64,000 nt of DNA from an uncultured Thermoplasmata archaeon (GTDB lineage Archaea > Thermoplasmatota > Thermoplasmata > RBG-16-68-12), in assembly GCA_963768855.1 (NCBI GenBank), contig CAVYJM010000011.1, positions 1-64,000 on the forward strand, written 5' to 3'. The notes beneath the pieces were generated by a model. That model had not been told where the DNA came from. It ran no database searches and saw only the letters and a list, made by a program, of their open reading frames with translations. The position numbers and the translations under genes are program-made. This document shows, one piece after another, positions 28,291 to 36,353 of this stretch; position 1 is the first letter of the stretch; each line of letters begins with the position of its first letter.

Positions 28291-28563
28291 TCACACCGGG
28301 ACGAACCCGCGTCCTCCGCCGCCAATCGGGGGAGGCGTCCCGCCCGTGCCGCCGGTTCCGCCCGTGCCGCCCGTGCCGCCGGTTCCGCCCGTGCCGCCAG
28401 TCTCGCCTCCGCCCGTGCCGCCAGTCTCGCCAGGGCCGAATTCGCCGACAGTAGGCACGGACACTCGTGGTCCCATCCAGAAGCCTACAGGGTGCTCTAG
28501 CGACCACGCGCGGGCCACGGTCTCCGCCGCCGCCAACAGGTCCAGTAGTCCCGTGTGCCTCAT
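28291..28563 (-). CDS. Element Gly-rich (GGT)n protein, 90 aa
   Basis: ATGA overlap with upstream gene; MRHTGLLDLL...GETGGTGGGETGGTGGTGGTGGTGGTGGTGGTPPPIG. Confidence 0.7.
   Translation of the reverse strand: MRHTGLLDLLAAAETVARAWSLEHPVGFWMGPRVSVPTVGEFGPGETGGTGGGETGGTGGTGGTGGTGGTGGTGGTPPPIGGGGRGFVPV
28337..28433. repeat. 9-bp-unit degenerate tandem repeat encoding (GGT)n
   Basis: CCGCCCGTG/CCGCCGGTT units with synonymous variation. Confidence 0.8.
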
Positions 28564-29087
28564 GCCAAACCCACCGCCCTCAGGAACGTGCCGATGAGCG
28601 GGCCGACCTGCGGCCCGAAGATTTCCCGCAGCAGGTCGTCCTCCGTGATGGCCGCGATTTCCGCCTCGGTCTCCGTGCTGCCGTACCGGCTGCTGGCCCC
28701 TCCGCCGAACGGTGTAGCCCTCCAGAAGTTGTTCCAGGCGTTGTCGAGGCCCGCCCACAGGTCGTCCGCGATGTCCACCCCGACCCAGCCCGCGACCCCT
28801 GCCGCGAGCAGGGCGAACGCCTGAGGGTCGGAGCGGTCGATGAGGTGTTCGAGGAGGCCCGCCGCGCGGTCCATCTTGAGGCGGGCCTCCGCCGCCGCGC
28901 GTTCCTGCGCGGACAGTTCCGACGGCGAGTGGTGCGCCGCCTCGCCCTTCATCCACTTGCGGCGCTGCGCGGGCGTCAGGACGTGGTACCACAGATTGCC
29001 CGCGACCTTCTCCGGGTCCGCGGCGGTCCCGCTCTCCCGGATGGCCTTGACCGCCGCGTCCCAGTACGCCTTCGGCGGTCGGTTCAC
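28560..29087 (-). CDS. Element hypothetical helical protein, 175 aa
   Basis: GTGA overlap with upstream stop; NRPPKAYWDAAVKAIRE...DPEKVAGNLWYH. Confidence 0.8.
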   Translation of the reverse strand: MNRPPKAYWDAAVKAIRESGTAADPEKVAGNLWYHVLTPAQRRKWMKGEAAHHSPSELSAQERAAAEARLKMDRAAGLLEHLIDRSDPQAFALLAAGVAGWVGVDIADDLWAGLDNAWNNFWRATPFGGGASSRYGSTETEAEIAAITEDDLLREIFGPQVGPLIGTFLRAVGLA

Positions 29088-29281
29088 GATTTCGGTCCTC
29101 CGAACGCCTTGCTGAGCGCAACCTGTTGTACCGCCGCGTGCGCAGTCCATCCGCCGAGGCCCGCGAGTGCCGCGATGACCGCCGCGAGCAGGGTGCCGTC
29201 CTGTCCCATCAGGAGGGCAACGCCCTCAATCACGGTCAGGCATCCCATCGCGAACAGTGCCTTCACGGTGTTGTCCTTCAC
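29084..29281 (-). CDS. Element small two-TM membrane protein, 65 aa
   Basis: Two hydrophobic helices; GTGA overlap; GGAGG RBS. Confidence 0.8.
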   Translation of the reverse strand: MKDNTVKALFAMGCLTVIEGVALLMGQDGTLLAAVIAALAGLGGWTAHAAVQQVALSKAFGGPKS

Positions 29282-30264
29282 TGGTTCAGTCCTCCGAGGC
29301 GGCTCAGGTCCGCGACCATGAAGTCGTCGAACAGCATGGTGGCGGTCGCCGCCGCGTCCGTCTCCACGGTCATGTCTACCGCGGTCCAGTTGATGGTCGC
29401 CGCCCCGACGTTCTGCGCCGCGGGCCGCGCCGTGGGCTCCCAGATCGCGTCATCGATGCGGGCCGACACGTAGTTCAGGTACGGGCCCGGCTGCTGCTTG
29501 TAGGCGAGTTCCACCACGAGGAGGTGCCACAGGTCCGTGTCATCCATGGGGTACGTGATGCCCGTGGACTGATAGGTCCCCGCGGAGTCCAGGTACTCCA
29601 GGGCGAAGCTGTCCGCACCCCCCTGTCTCCGGTGGTAGCGGACCGAGGCGTTGAACTCGCGGGCCGCGTCGCGCAGGTTCACCCGGAGCCACACCGACCG
29701 CCACGCGGCCGACGCGTTCGGGTTGAAGAACACCGCCGCGAAGACGGTCGGGTTCCTGTTGAACCCCTGGTCCGCCGCCCGGAGCATGGGCTTCCGCGCG
29801 GTCCCCAGGTCGCCCGCCGCCGCGCCCGCCGCGCGGCTCGCCACCGTCAGGTTGTGAATCCCGGAGTGCCCCTTCGTCGCGCCGATCGCGAGCGTCCCCG
29901 CCGCCGGAGAGCCCGCCTCGGCGTAGTTGCTAACGATGGAATTTTCGAAGTCGTCCATGTGGAGGACGCGCCCTGCCGGGTTGTTCGACCACCACGGTTC
30001 GAAGCCCGACACGCGGAGCCGCCGCGCGTGGTCCATCGTCATGTCGTACCCCTGGTTGTCCGGGACCGAGTTCGCGTACTGCCCGAAGGCTCCGAGGTGG
30101 AAGATGCCCGCCTGGTCCATCGTCCCGATGGGATAGACCCCGGTCAGGTCTAGCTTCTTCTTGATGCGGAAGGACTCGAGCAGCTGACCCAGGTTCGCAA
30201 GCTGAATCTGGTCCCCGCCCGCGAACTCCAGGGCGTCAGCCGTGTCCGTGACCGCCTTCGACAT
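29278..30264 (-). CDS. Element beta-rich protein with ConA/LamG-like C-terminal domain (putative spike or adhesin)
   Basis: LHMDDFEN...LWHLLVVEL...ARIDD...MLFDDFMV pattern; fold is inferred. Confidence 0.7.
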   Translation of the reverse strand: MSKAVTDTADALEFAGGDQIQLANLGQLLESFRIKKKLDLTGVYPIGTMDQAGIFHLGAFGQYANSVPDNQGYDMTMDHARRLRVSGFEPWWSNNPAGRVLHMDDFENSIVSNYAEAGSPAAGTLAIGATKGHSGIHNLTVASRAAGAAAGDLGTARKPMLRAADQGFNRNPTVFAAVFFNPNASAAWRSVWLRVNLRDAAREFNASVRYHRRQGGADSFALEYLDSAGTYQSTGITYPMDDTDLWHLLVVELAYKQQPGPYLNYVSARIDDAIWEPTARPAAQNVGAATINWTAVDMTVETDAAATATMLFDDFMVADLSRLGGLNQ

Positions 30265-30276
30265 GAGGAGGTCCCC

Positions 30277-30864
30277 TCAGTAGTAGACGATGGCCTGGTT
30301 CGTGTTCGCTGCGCCCGACGTGGACAGCAGAGTCAGGTTCGGCGCGGCCTTCAGGGTCGGCGCGGCCAGGACGGGCGTCCGGTACGTCATCGCCTCGGAC
30401 TCCGTGACCCACTGAAGCGCCCCGGTCTGCGGCCACTTCCAGCGGCTCGTGGACGCGGAGCAGTAGGCCGTGATGCCCTTGGGCGAGGACTGGCCCTGGT
30501 CGTAGGTGACGGTCACGCTGAAGTCGGCCTCCGCGCCCGCCGCCGTCCTCGCGAACCGGATGGCCCGGAAGGCGCTGATGGGCTTGCCTCCTTGGCCCGC
30601 GTCCGCGAAGTGCAGGACCGCCGACGACAGCCCACCGTTGAACGTGAACGTCGGCGTGGTGGACCCGAGCGGTCCCCAGGCCACGTCGAACTTGTCGTAG
30701 CCGTTCAGGGGCGACGGGAAGTGCGCGACCGCGATACCGTCGTACACCGTGGAGAGCGACCCCGGGGTCGCGCCTCCGTACACCTCGATCGCGACCAACG
30801 TGAGGCCTTGGACCGGGAGGGACACGACCCCCGTGGCGGTGAGGCGAGTGCTGTGCTTCAACAT
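30277..30864 (-). CDS. Element beta-rich protein, 195 aa (putative virion protein)
   Basis: Alternating hydrophobic strands rich in T/G/S/A, few long helices; ATG directly after the upstream TAG. Confidence 0.75.
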   Translation of the reverse strand: MLKHSTRLTATGVVSLPVQGLTLVAIEVYGGATPGSLSTVYDGIAVAHFPSPLNGYDKFDVAWGPLGSTTPTFTFNGGLSSAVLHFADAGQGGKPISAFRAIRFARTAAGAEADFSVTVTYDQGQSSPKGITAYCSASTSRWKWPQTGALQWVTESEAMTYRTPVLAAPTLKAAPNLTLLSTSGAANTNQAIVYY

Positions 30865-31014
30865 CTACGCCGCCTCCGCGTGGGGCTTGGCTCGGATGAC
30901 CCCGCCCTGGTCGTTCACGATCACGCCCGGGCACCACTCGCCCTTCATCAGGGTGCGGTTGCCGTGGTCTTTGCAGACCCAGTATCCGGTGTCCTTTTCG
31001 ACCACCAGGACCAC
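30865..31014 (-). CDS. Element 49-aa protein with Cys/His (below the ORF-track cutoff)
   Basis: GTG 3 nt after the upstream stop and TAG abutting the next ATG; VVLVVEKDTGYWVCKDHGNRTLMKGEWCPGVIVNDQGGVIRAKPHAEAA. Confidence 0.7.
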   Translation of the reverse strand: MVLVVEKDTGYWVCKDHGNRTLMKGEWCPGVIVNDQGGVIRAKPHAEAA

Positions 31015-31017
31015 CCC

Positions 31018-31458
31018 CTAGAAACTGCCTCCGCTAGGTCCCGCGAAGGACCGGATGATCCGGTTCGCGAACGCGACTCCCATCTTCACGCCCTTCACGA
31101 CGAACATCGGGCCGTACCCCACCGCGAGCCGCTGAGGCTCCCAGGTGTTGGTCGCCACGTTGTACGCCGTTAGGTTGCCCGAAAGAGCACCGAGCCCGAC
31201 GACGAGACCTTGCCGCAGGTCCCCCGCCGCGAGCCCCTCGACCGCGGCCTCAATCAGTCCGGTGGACTTCGCAATCGTGTTCGCGATTGGTGCCAGCCGG
31301 AACGAGTAGTGCCGCGTGCCCTTCTTCCCACCGCCGCCACGCCTTCCGCCGCCCTTTGCCATGTGCTTCTTGCCTCCAGAGGACCGGCCCCGACCGTGCT
31401 TCTGCTGCCAGTCGTACAGAGGGTTGCCGGGTCCCCACTTCTTGCCTTTTCGTGCCAC
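31018..31458 (-). CDS. Element protein with basic Lys/Arg/Gly N-terminal arm (candidate nucleocapsid protein)
   Basis: MARKGKKW...GRGRSSGGKKHMAKGGGRRGGGGKKG then amphipathic/hydrophobic helices; GGAGG RBS. Confidence 0.8.
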   Translation of the reverse strand: MARKGKKWGPGNPLYDWQQKHGRGRSSGGKKHMAKGGGRRGGGGKKGTRHYSFRLAPIANTIAKSTGLIEAAVEGLAAGDLRQGLVVGLGALSGNLTAYNVATNTWEPQRLAVGYGPMFVVKGVKMGVAFANRIIRSFAGPSGGSF

Positions 31459-31470
31459 CTAAATCCCTCC

Positions 31471-32040
31471 CTAGAACGGGAGTTGTTCGCCCCCTCCTCC
31501 GGTCAGCGCGGCGGGCAGTTGCAGTCCGCCGTTGCCTCGCGCCCGCAACAGTAGCGGGCCGTACTGGACGGCGGCCTTGGAGATTCGCCGCGCGGACTGT
31601 TGGCTGACGCCGAACATCTCCAGGAGACCTTCGAGCATTTCCGGGCCGAGGTCCGCCGCGACCGCCATCAAGTCAGCCTGTCCGATTGCCTGTTCCGCGT
31701 CTGGGGGGAGGAGAGAGGAACCCTGAGAGGAGCCGCCCTTGGAGCCGAGCGACTTCATGCGAATCGAGGTCCAGAACGTGTCGATTGCTGGAGCGATGAT
31801 AGGCTTGACGAGGTTCGGGTCCTTCGCGAATTCGGACATGGTCATGCCCACGAGTTTCCCGAACCCGCGACGGATGGCCGACGCGTCCGCGTCGCCGTCG
31901 TCCCCGAGGTGATCCACGGTCGCACGGAGCCGATTCATCACGTACCAGGGCGCGACGTACCGCGCCATCGTGTAGGACCACACGACCGCGAACAGCCAGC
32001 CTACCGTCTGAAGGACGCTGACCACGTCGAAACCGACCAC
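31471..32040 (-). CDS. Element N-terminally membrane-anchored protein, ~189 aa
   Basis: GGGTG RBS before GTG at 32040; TM LQTVGWLFAVVWSYTM; the ORF track extends it to a TTG at 32157. Confidence 0.75.
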   Translation of the reverse strand: MVGFDVVSVLQTVGWLFAVVWSYTMARYVAPWYVMNRLRATVDHLGDDGDADASAIRRGFGKLVGMTMSEFAKDPNLVKPIIAPAIDTFWTSIRMKSLGSKGGSSQGSSLLPPDAEQAIGQADLMAVAADLGPEMLEGLLEMFGVSQQSARRISKAAVQYGPLLLRARGNGGLQLPAALTGGGGEQLPF

Positions 32041-32232
32041 GCGAACACCCGCTGAGCGCGACGGCAGCGACCAAACAGCGAGGTTCCAGCGCGGAGCGAC
32101 CGACTCTGAACCGCCTCGTCGCCGCCGCGCTGTCGGCGCATCGCCGTTTCCACTCAAAAAACGCGTGCCGACGACCCAGCAAATTTTGCCCGCGTTCCTG
32201 GCCCTAACGTTCTCCCGTGTTCCTGGGCCCCT

Positions 32233-34038
32233 TCAGGGCCCGGACCCCATGGAGAACCCGCAGTAGAAGCAGAACATGTTGTCCGCATTCACCAGGGTGC
32301 CGCAGTTGGGGCACCGCTTCTTTGCCGCGACGGTCGAGGCGGGGGGAGGCGCGGCCGGTATGGGGGGCGGAGGCGGAGTCACGGGCTTCACGAACTCGAT
32401 CGGCGGGGGGGCCGGTGTGTACGTCTGCGTCTGCACGTTGTGCGGATAGGACGCGGTCGGTGGACCCGGAGGCGGGCCGGGAGGCGGGGCGCCGTAGCTG
32501 TAGGCGGGCGGCATCACGGTCCTCTGGCGGTATGCCGCGGTCCGGCGCGCGCGGGCGCGACGCTGGGGAACGAACGCGACGATCGCCGCGAGGGCGAGGA
32601 TGAACAGGGCGAGGTAGAGCAGGTTCGAGGACAGGAACTGGTAGAGTACGAAGAGGAAGTTGGGGAGGGGCGAAACCGCGATCGTCCTGACGGGCGACTC
32701 GTAGCGAGTCCCGTTCACGGTCGCCACGACCTTGACGGAGAGCGGGATGCCGGAATCGGGCATCACGAGGTTCGTGGCGCTGTAGGACTGACGTGTCGTG
32801 CCCGTCTGGACCGCGGTAACGTTATTCAGGGCCGCCGGGTCCGTCCCGTACACGACGTGGGTGTCGGTCACCGGGAGTCCCGCCGGCCCGATGATCGACC
32901 AGCCGATCGAGAATGTGGAACCCTTAGCGACGCTACCTGGGATGTTGTTGAGGGAGATGAAGGGCTGGTTGAGGGCGTTGACCCCGTTCCACGCGTTGAC
33001 GATCCCCCAGCCATATAGAGTGTTGTACCCGGTGCTGCCCGTCGGCACTGCGGTCTGGTTCAGGACGTTCCACAGCTCGACGTTCGTCAGGCTTGGCTCG
33101 AGGGAGAGGAGAAGCGCGGCGACGCCGCTCACGAAAGGTGTCGCAAGCGAAGTCCCGTCCAGGTTGTGCCAGCCTCCGCTCGTGGGCGGGCAGTTCGGAC
33201 AGAGGGTCACGATCTGGACGCCGGGTGCGCTGAGGGACAGGCCCGGGCCGTAATTGGAGAACACAGCTCTCGTGTTCGTCTGTCCCACGGCGGCGACGGA
33301 GACCACGTTGGGGAGGGATGCGGGGTAATCGAGAGTCGAGCTGCCGGAGTTCCCCGCGGCGGCGATGACCAAGGCGCCCTTGCTCCATGCGTAGTTGATC
33401 GCGAGCTCGATGTCGGTCGGTCCGATGAGGGTCGTGTTCGTCCCGAGGGAGAGGTTGATGATCCGCGCCCCGTGGTCCGCGGCCCATCGGATTGCGAGGG
33501 AGGTGTTGTAGGACGTGCCCTCGCCGTTCGCCCCCAGAGCTTCGAGCGCCATGACGCCCACCTGCCCGACTTGGGCCACTCCCGCCATCAGCTTGTTGTT
33601 GTTCGTCGCGGCCGCGATGACGCTCGCGACGCCCGTGCCGTGGTACGTGTTCTGGGCGCCGTCCGAATCCATCGGATTGTTGTTGTTCAGGATGAAGTTC
33701 CAGCCGTGCGACCCGTCCGTGTTGTTCCACATGTTCGGGGCGATGTCCGGGTCCGTGTACCACACGCCCGTGTCGACGACGGCGACGATAACCTTCTGGC
33801 TGCCCAGGCCGACATTCCAGGCCTTCGGCGCCTCGATCGTGTTCAGTCCCCACTGGAAATTGAAGAGGGGATCGTTTGGGGTGTACGCCGCATGCAGCGG
33901 GATGTCGGTGATTACCGCAGGAGGCACGCTGGCCGCCCGAGTTACGACGGGAGCCGCGAGCGAGACGAGCAGCGTGAGGACCGCAATGATCGCGACGGAG
34001 GTCCGTGAGAGGGAGCGCACAGAATCGGCTTGCTGCAA
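32233..34038 (-). CDS. S8 subtilase with signal peptide, TM anchor, Pro-rich linker and C-terminal zinc ribbon
   Basis: VAVVDTG (D), HGTGVAS (H), AAAGNSG, GTSLATP (S); CPNC...CFYC. Confidence 0.95.
   Translation of the reverse strand: MQQADSVRSLSRTSVAIIAVLTLLVSLAAPVVTRAASVPPAVITDIPLHAAYTPNDPLFNFQWGLNTIEAPKAWNVGLGSQKVIVAVVDTGVWYTDPDIAPNMWNNTDGSHGWNFILNNNNPMDSDGAQNTYHGTGVASVIAAATNNNKLMAGVAQVGQVGVMALEALGANGEGTSYNTSLAIRWAADHGARIINLSLGTNTTLIGPTDIELAINYAWSKGALVIAAAGNSGSSTLDYPASLPNVVSVAAVGQTNTRAVFSNYGPGLSLSAPGVQIVTLCPNCPPTSGGWHNLDGTSLATPFVSGVAALLLSLEPSLTNVELWNVLNQTAVPTGSTGYNTLYGWGIVNAWNGVNALNQPFISLNNIPGSVAKGSTFSIGWSIIGPAGLPVTDTHVVYGTDPAALNNVTAVQTGTTRQSYSATNLVMPDSGIPLSVKVVATVNGTRYESPVRTIAVSPLPNFLFVLYQFLSSNLLYLALFILALAAIVAFVPQRRARARRTAAYRQRTVMPPAYSYGAPPPGPPPGPPTASYPHNVQTQTYTPAPPPIEFVKPVTPPPPPIPAAPPPASTVAAKKRCPNCGTLVNADNMFCFYCGFSMGSGP
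32257..32276 (+). repeat. Right attachment-site core
   Basis: Identical to 26449-26468; lies inside the subtilase zinc-ribbon codons. Confidence 0.95.
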
Positions 34039-34185
34039 CCTAGGGGCCTCCAGGCTGCCCGTAGAGGACTTGGTGTGAGCTATGGAGCGCGGTCCTTTTT
34101 AAACCTCTGCCCTCGGTTGTCAGCGGTTGACATTCAACCGGTTCGATGGGCGAATGCTTTTGTCGCAGGATGCCCTGGTTTCGCC

Positions 34186-35055
34186 GTGTCCGCAACCGCG
34201 CTACCCGTCGCGCTCGTGACCGGCGCTTCCTCGGGAATCGGCCGTGCGACCGCCCTCCTCCTGGCCCGCTCCGGGTATCGCGTGTTCGCGACGGTCCGGT
34301 CGGAGACCGGCGAGGGTGCGCTCCGCGCGGCCGCCGGCGCTCTGCCCCTCGAGATCCTCCACCTCGATTTAGCCGACGAGGCCGGGGTGACGCGTACCGT
34401 CCAAGAGGTTCTCCGCCGCGCCGGGCGGATCGACGCCCTGGTGAACAATGCGGGATTCGCGTTGCTCGGCGCGGTCGAGGATATTCCCCGGGAGGCGCTT
34501 CGGCATCAGTTCGAGGTGAACGTCTTCGGGACGATCCAGCTCTGCCGCGAGATCCTGCCCACGATGCGCGCGCAGCATGCCGGCCACATCGTGAACGTGA
34601 GCTCCCTGGCCGGAAAGGTCAGCGTCCCCCTCATGGGCGCTTATTGTGCCTCCAAGTTCGCGATCGAGGCGTTCAGCGACGCCCTGCGCGCCGAGGTGAA
34701 GCCGGGCGGCGTCCGCGTCGCGCTTGTGGAGCCCGGGCCCGTCGCCACGAACTTCAACCAGCTCGCGCGGAACGAGAGTCATCTCATCCTCGAATCCCCG
34801 AGCGTCTTCCATTCGGTCTACGCACGCCTGCGCCATCCCGCGTCCGACCGGTGGGCAGCGTCCTCGGATCGGGTCGCGAGGGTCATCCTCCGGGCGATTC
34901 GCTCCCGGCATACTCGTTCGCGGTACCGCGTCCGGATTCGCGAGAGCCTTGCCGCCGGTGCGGTCTCCTTCATCCCCCGAGGCGCCCTGGACTGGTTGAT
35001 GATCCGATTCATGGGGGGTCAGCGCGCGGAACCGACCGAGTCGACGGGTTCTTGA
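34186..35055 (+). CDS. SDR family oxidoreductase
   Basis: TGASSGIG, LVNNAG, YCASK. Confidence 0.92.
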   Translation: MSATALPVALVTGASSGIGRATALLLARSGYRVFATVRSETGEGALRAAAGALPLEILHLDLADEAGVTRTVQEVLRRAGRIDALVNNAGFALLGAVEDIPREALRHQFEVNVFGTIQLCREILPTMRAQHAGHIVNVSSLAGKVSVPLMGAYCASKFAIEAFSDALRAEVKPGGVRVALVEPGPVATNFNQLARNESHLILESPSVFHSVYARLRHPASDRWAASSDRVARVILRAIRSRHTRSRYRVRIRESLAAGAVSFIPRGALDWLMIRFMGGQRAEPTESTGS

Positions 35056-35077
35056 GCCGCTCCGCCATGCGGATCGC

Positions 35078-35617
35078 ATGCCCGGCGATGGCCCCTTCCT
35101 GTGGATCCGCGATCAGTCGTCGCCCCTCGGATTCTGGCATCCTCCCGAGGGCGGGATGTGCGTCAATGCGTTCCTCTTCGTCCAGGACGACCACCGGATC
35201 CTGCTCGGCAAATACGCAGACCATCCGGCGTGGGACGAACTGGCGGGACTCGACTCGGGACGACGTCAGCGCTTCGGCACGGGCTGGACCGTGCCGGGGA
35301 CTCATCTGAAGTTCGGGGAGGAGCCCCGCGCCGCGGCACGCCGGATCGGAGGAGACGTCCTCCAGATCCCGGGGCTCACCTTCTCGGAGCCACGGGTGGA
35401 GTCCGACACCTACCCCGCGGCCTTCGCGAACGGCAAGACCCACTACGATCTCTGGTTCTTCTTCGACGCGAAACCGCCTGCGCGATGGCAGCTGAAAGCG
35501 CCGGCCTGGTACCGGGAGCTCGCTTGGCAGGATCCGAGGGCGTTGCCTCCGTCCGCGTACGCGCGGTCCCACGAGGATGTCGTGGCCCGGTGGCTGCAGA
35601 CGCGGTCCGGCCGGTAG
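35078..35617 (+). CDS. Nudix-fold protein with degenerate Nudix box
   Basis: WTVPGTHLKFGEEPRAAARRIGGDV. Confidence 0.65.
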   Translation: MPGDGPFLWIRDQSSPLGFWHPPEGGMCVNAFLFVQDDHRILLGKYADHPAWDELAGLDSGRRQRFGTGWTVPGTHLKFGEEPRAAARRIGGDVLQIPGLTFSEPRVESDTYPAAFANGKTHYDLWFFFDAKPPARWQLKAPAWYRELAWQDPRALPPSAYARSHEDVVARWLQTRSGR

Positions 35618-35629
35618 GCTGGCGCGGTC

Positions 35630-36268
35630 TCAGAGTCGCTTCGCCAGCGCGACGAACTGGGCCGAGGCACCGCCCGTGATGGGCTTCCCGTGACCGAAGA
35701 CCGCGTTCTCGAAGTGGAACCCCGTGAGCTTCTTGATTGAGTCGCGGTGCGCGCGGGGATCGATGTTGTATTGGTCGTCCATGGGGCCGAGCCCTTTCTC
35801 GTTGTTCGCCGCGTCCCCCGCGATTAGGAGGGACCGGGACTCGTCCAAGAGGGAGATGCTCCCGCGCGTGTGCCCGGGAGTGAAGATGGTCCTCAGGCCG
35901 TCTTGGATCTGCCCATCCTCCAGGACGATGGCCACGGGTGTCCCGGGATGGCGCTGGTACTGCGCGCCCGGCGGCCCGTCGTACGTCCTGCGCTTGGAGA
36001 TGAAATCGGCCTCGATCCTGGAGGCCGCCACCTTCGCGGACGTGGCGTCCTGCACGACCCGCGCGAGGCCACTCACATGGTCCGGATGGGTGTGGGTGAT
36101 GAAGATCGTCCCGATGTCTTTAGGTTTGATCCTCGCCTTGCTCAGGTAGTTGAGGATCCCCTTGGCATCCGCCTCGGAGCTCGTATCGATCAGCACGAGC
36201 CGGTCATCCACGAGCACGTATGTGTTGGCGTAGGTGTCGATCAGGTGCACGCCCTTGAGGACTTCCAT
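35630..36268 (-). CDS. MBL-fold metallo-hydrolase
   Basis: THTHPDH, PGHTRGS, AGDA, FGHG. Confidence 0.92.
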   Translation of the reverse strand: MEVLKGVHLIDTYANTYVLVDDRLVLIDTSSEADAKGILNYLSKARIKPKDIGTIFITHTHPDHVSGLARVVQDATSAKVAASRIEADFISKRRTYDGPPGAQYQRHPGTPVAIVLEDGQIQDGLRTIFTPGHTRGSISLLDESRSLLIAGDAANNEKGLGPMDDQYNIDPRAHRDSIKKLTGFHFENAVFGHGKPITGGASAQFVALAKRL

Positions 36269-36353
36269 ACCTCCCACCTTCGACCCGCGCGATACCGGTC
36301 TGCGGTCTTATTCCTTTCGAGACTGCAGTGGGCTCACGCCGCATTCGGACGTC

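Larger units (their letters stand above)
26449..32276. mobile_element. Integrated ~5.8-kb element (putative small provirus or satellite) with tyrosine integrase
   Basis: Perfect 20-bp flanking direct repeats, integrase adjacent to the left repeat, 12 compact ORFs in two convergent operons, host gene end duplicated; excised circle would be 5808 bp. Confidence 0.92.

Noticed and set aside
28094-28433. Repeats as a possible CRISPR array
   Set aside because: Only two 54-bp copies plus 9-bp units, all in frame within ORFs; no spacer-repeat periodicity and no cas genes
28283-28597. Plus-strand (PPV)n ORF in the element
   Set aside because: Antisense of the GGT-repeat gene, which fits the coupled minus-strand operon via an ATGA overlap
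32340-32520. GC-rich short repeats in the subtilase gene
   Set aside because: Encode an ordinary Pro-rich linker between the TM and the zinc ribbon
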